Positions 49,789 through 49,885 of a stretch of 49,885 nt of DNA are shown here, one piece after another. The translations under genes and the position numbers were made by a program. The DNA comes from Phycisphaerales bacterium (GTDB taxonomy: Bacteria; Planctomycetota; Phycisphaerae; WQYP01): the NCBI GenBank assembly GCA_027451365.1, contig DAIDJN010000079.1, forward strand, positions 1 through 49,885, read 5' to 3'. Every line of letters starts with the position of its first letter. Positions within the stretch are counted from its first letter, which is position 1. The notes under the pieces were generated by a model. The model ran no database searches. It saw nothing but the letters and a program-made list of their open reading frames with translations, and was not told the origin of the DNA.

Positions 49789-49885
49789 TTATTCCGTGCG
49801 TTGAGTTGTGACCTTGAGCGTTTCGGCGAGTTGGCCGGGAGTGAGGATGGTCAGGTTGGGGGCCAGTCGCCGCAGGCGTTTGGCT
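49789..49885 (-). CDS. 3' end of a gene running off the window; possibly another PIN-family TA toxin
   Basis: Own translation: ...AKRLRRLAPNLTILTPGQLAETLKVTTQRTE*; the (I/L)LTP-helix ending is typical of PIN proteins, but only 31 aa are visible. Confidence 0.35.
   Translation of the reverse strand, partial: AKRLRRLAPNLTILTPGQLAETLKVTTQRTE

Overview
Bacterial chromosomal window of about 50 kb. The gene content (exosortase/PEP-CTERM locus, prenyltransferase-repeat plus Gln-rich DUF4175-type pair, futalosine-pathway MqnC, large AsmA-like protein) suggests Planctomycetota, probably Phycisphaerae; this is inference only. The core (2.1-44.6 kb) carries a HEAT-repeat/PL4 rhamnogalacturonan lyase fusion; a Wza-exosortase-EpsI-TPR-Wzc surface-polysaccharide and protein-sorting locus whose Wzc lacks the Walker A lysine; a GMC oxidoreductase with an aquaporin; a clan GH-A glycoside hydrolase; a PEP-CTERM substrate; an aldo/keto reductase; KdgK; MqnC; a response regulator; and a 4-gene ABC exporter. 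Both ends look like accessory conflict regions. The best candidate for an undescribed system lies at 45.4-49.45 kb: two short polymorphic toxin-immunity cassettes. Unrelated nuclease toxin domains (one PD-(D/E)xK-like, one HNH-like) are fused behind the same signal-peptide-like leader (107/120 nt identical). The cassettes share a 5' junction, CCGGTACG-N21-TTGCCGCAGAGAGT (RY...AAES), and a 13-bp 3' motif, CGGGCTCATGGCA. The second cassette also encodes a small copy of its own toxin tip lacking a putative catalytic His. PIN-type toxin-antitoxin genes and remnants and an IS66 TnpA-like scar are interspersed. All family calls come from motif recognition by eye; no database searches were run.
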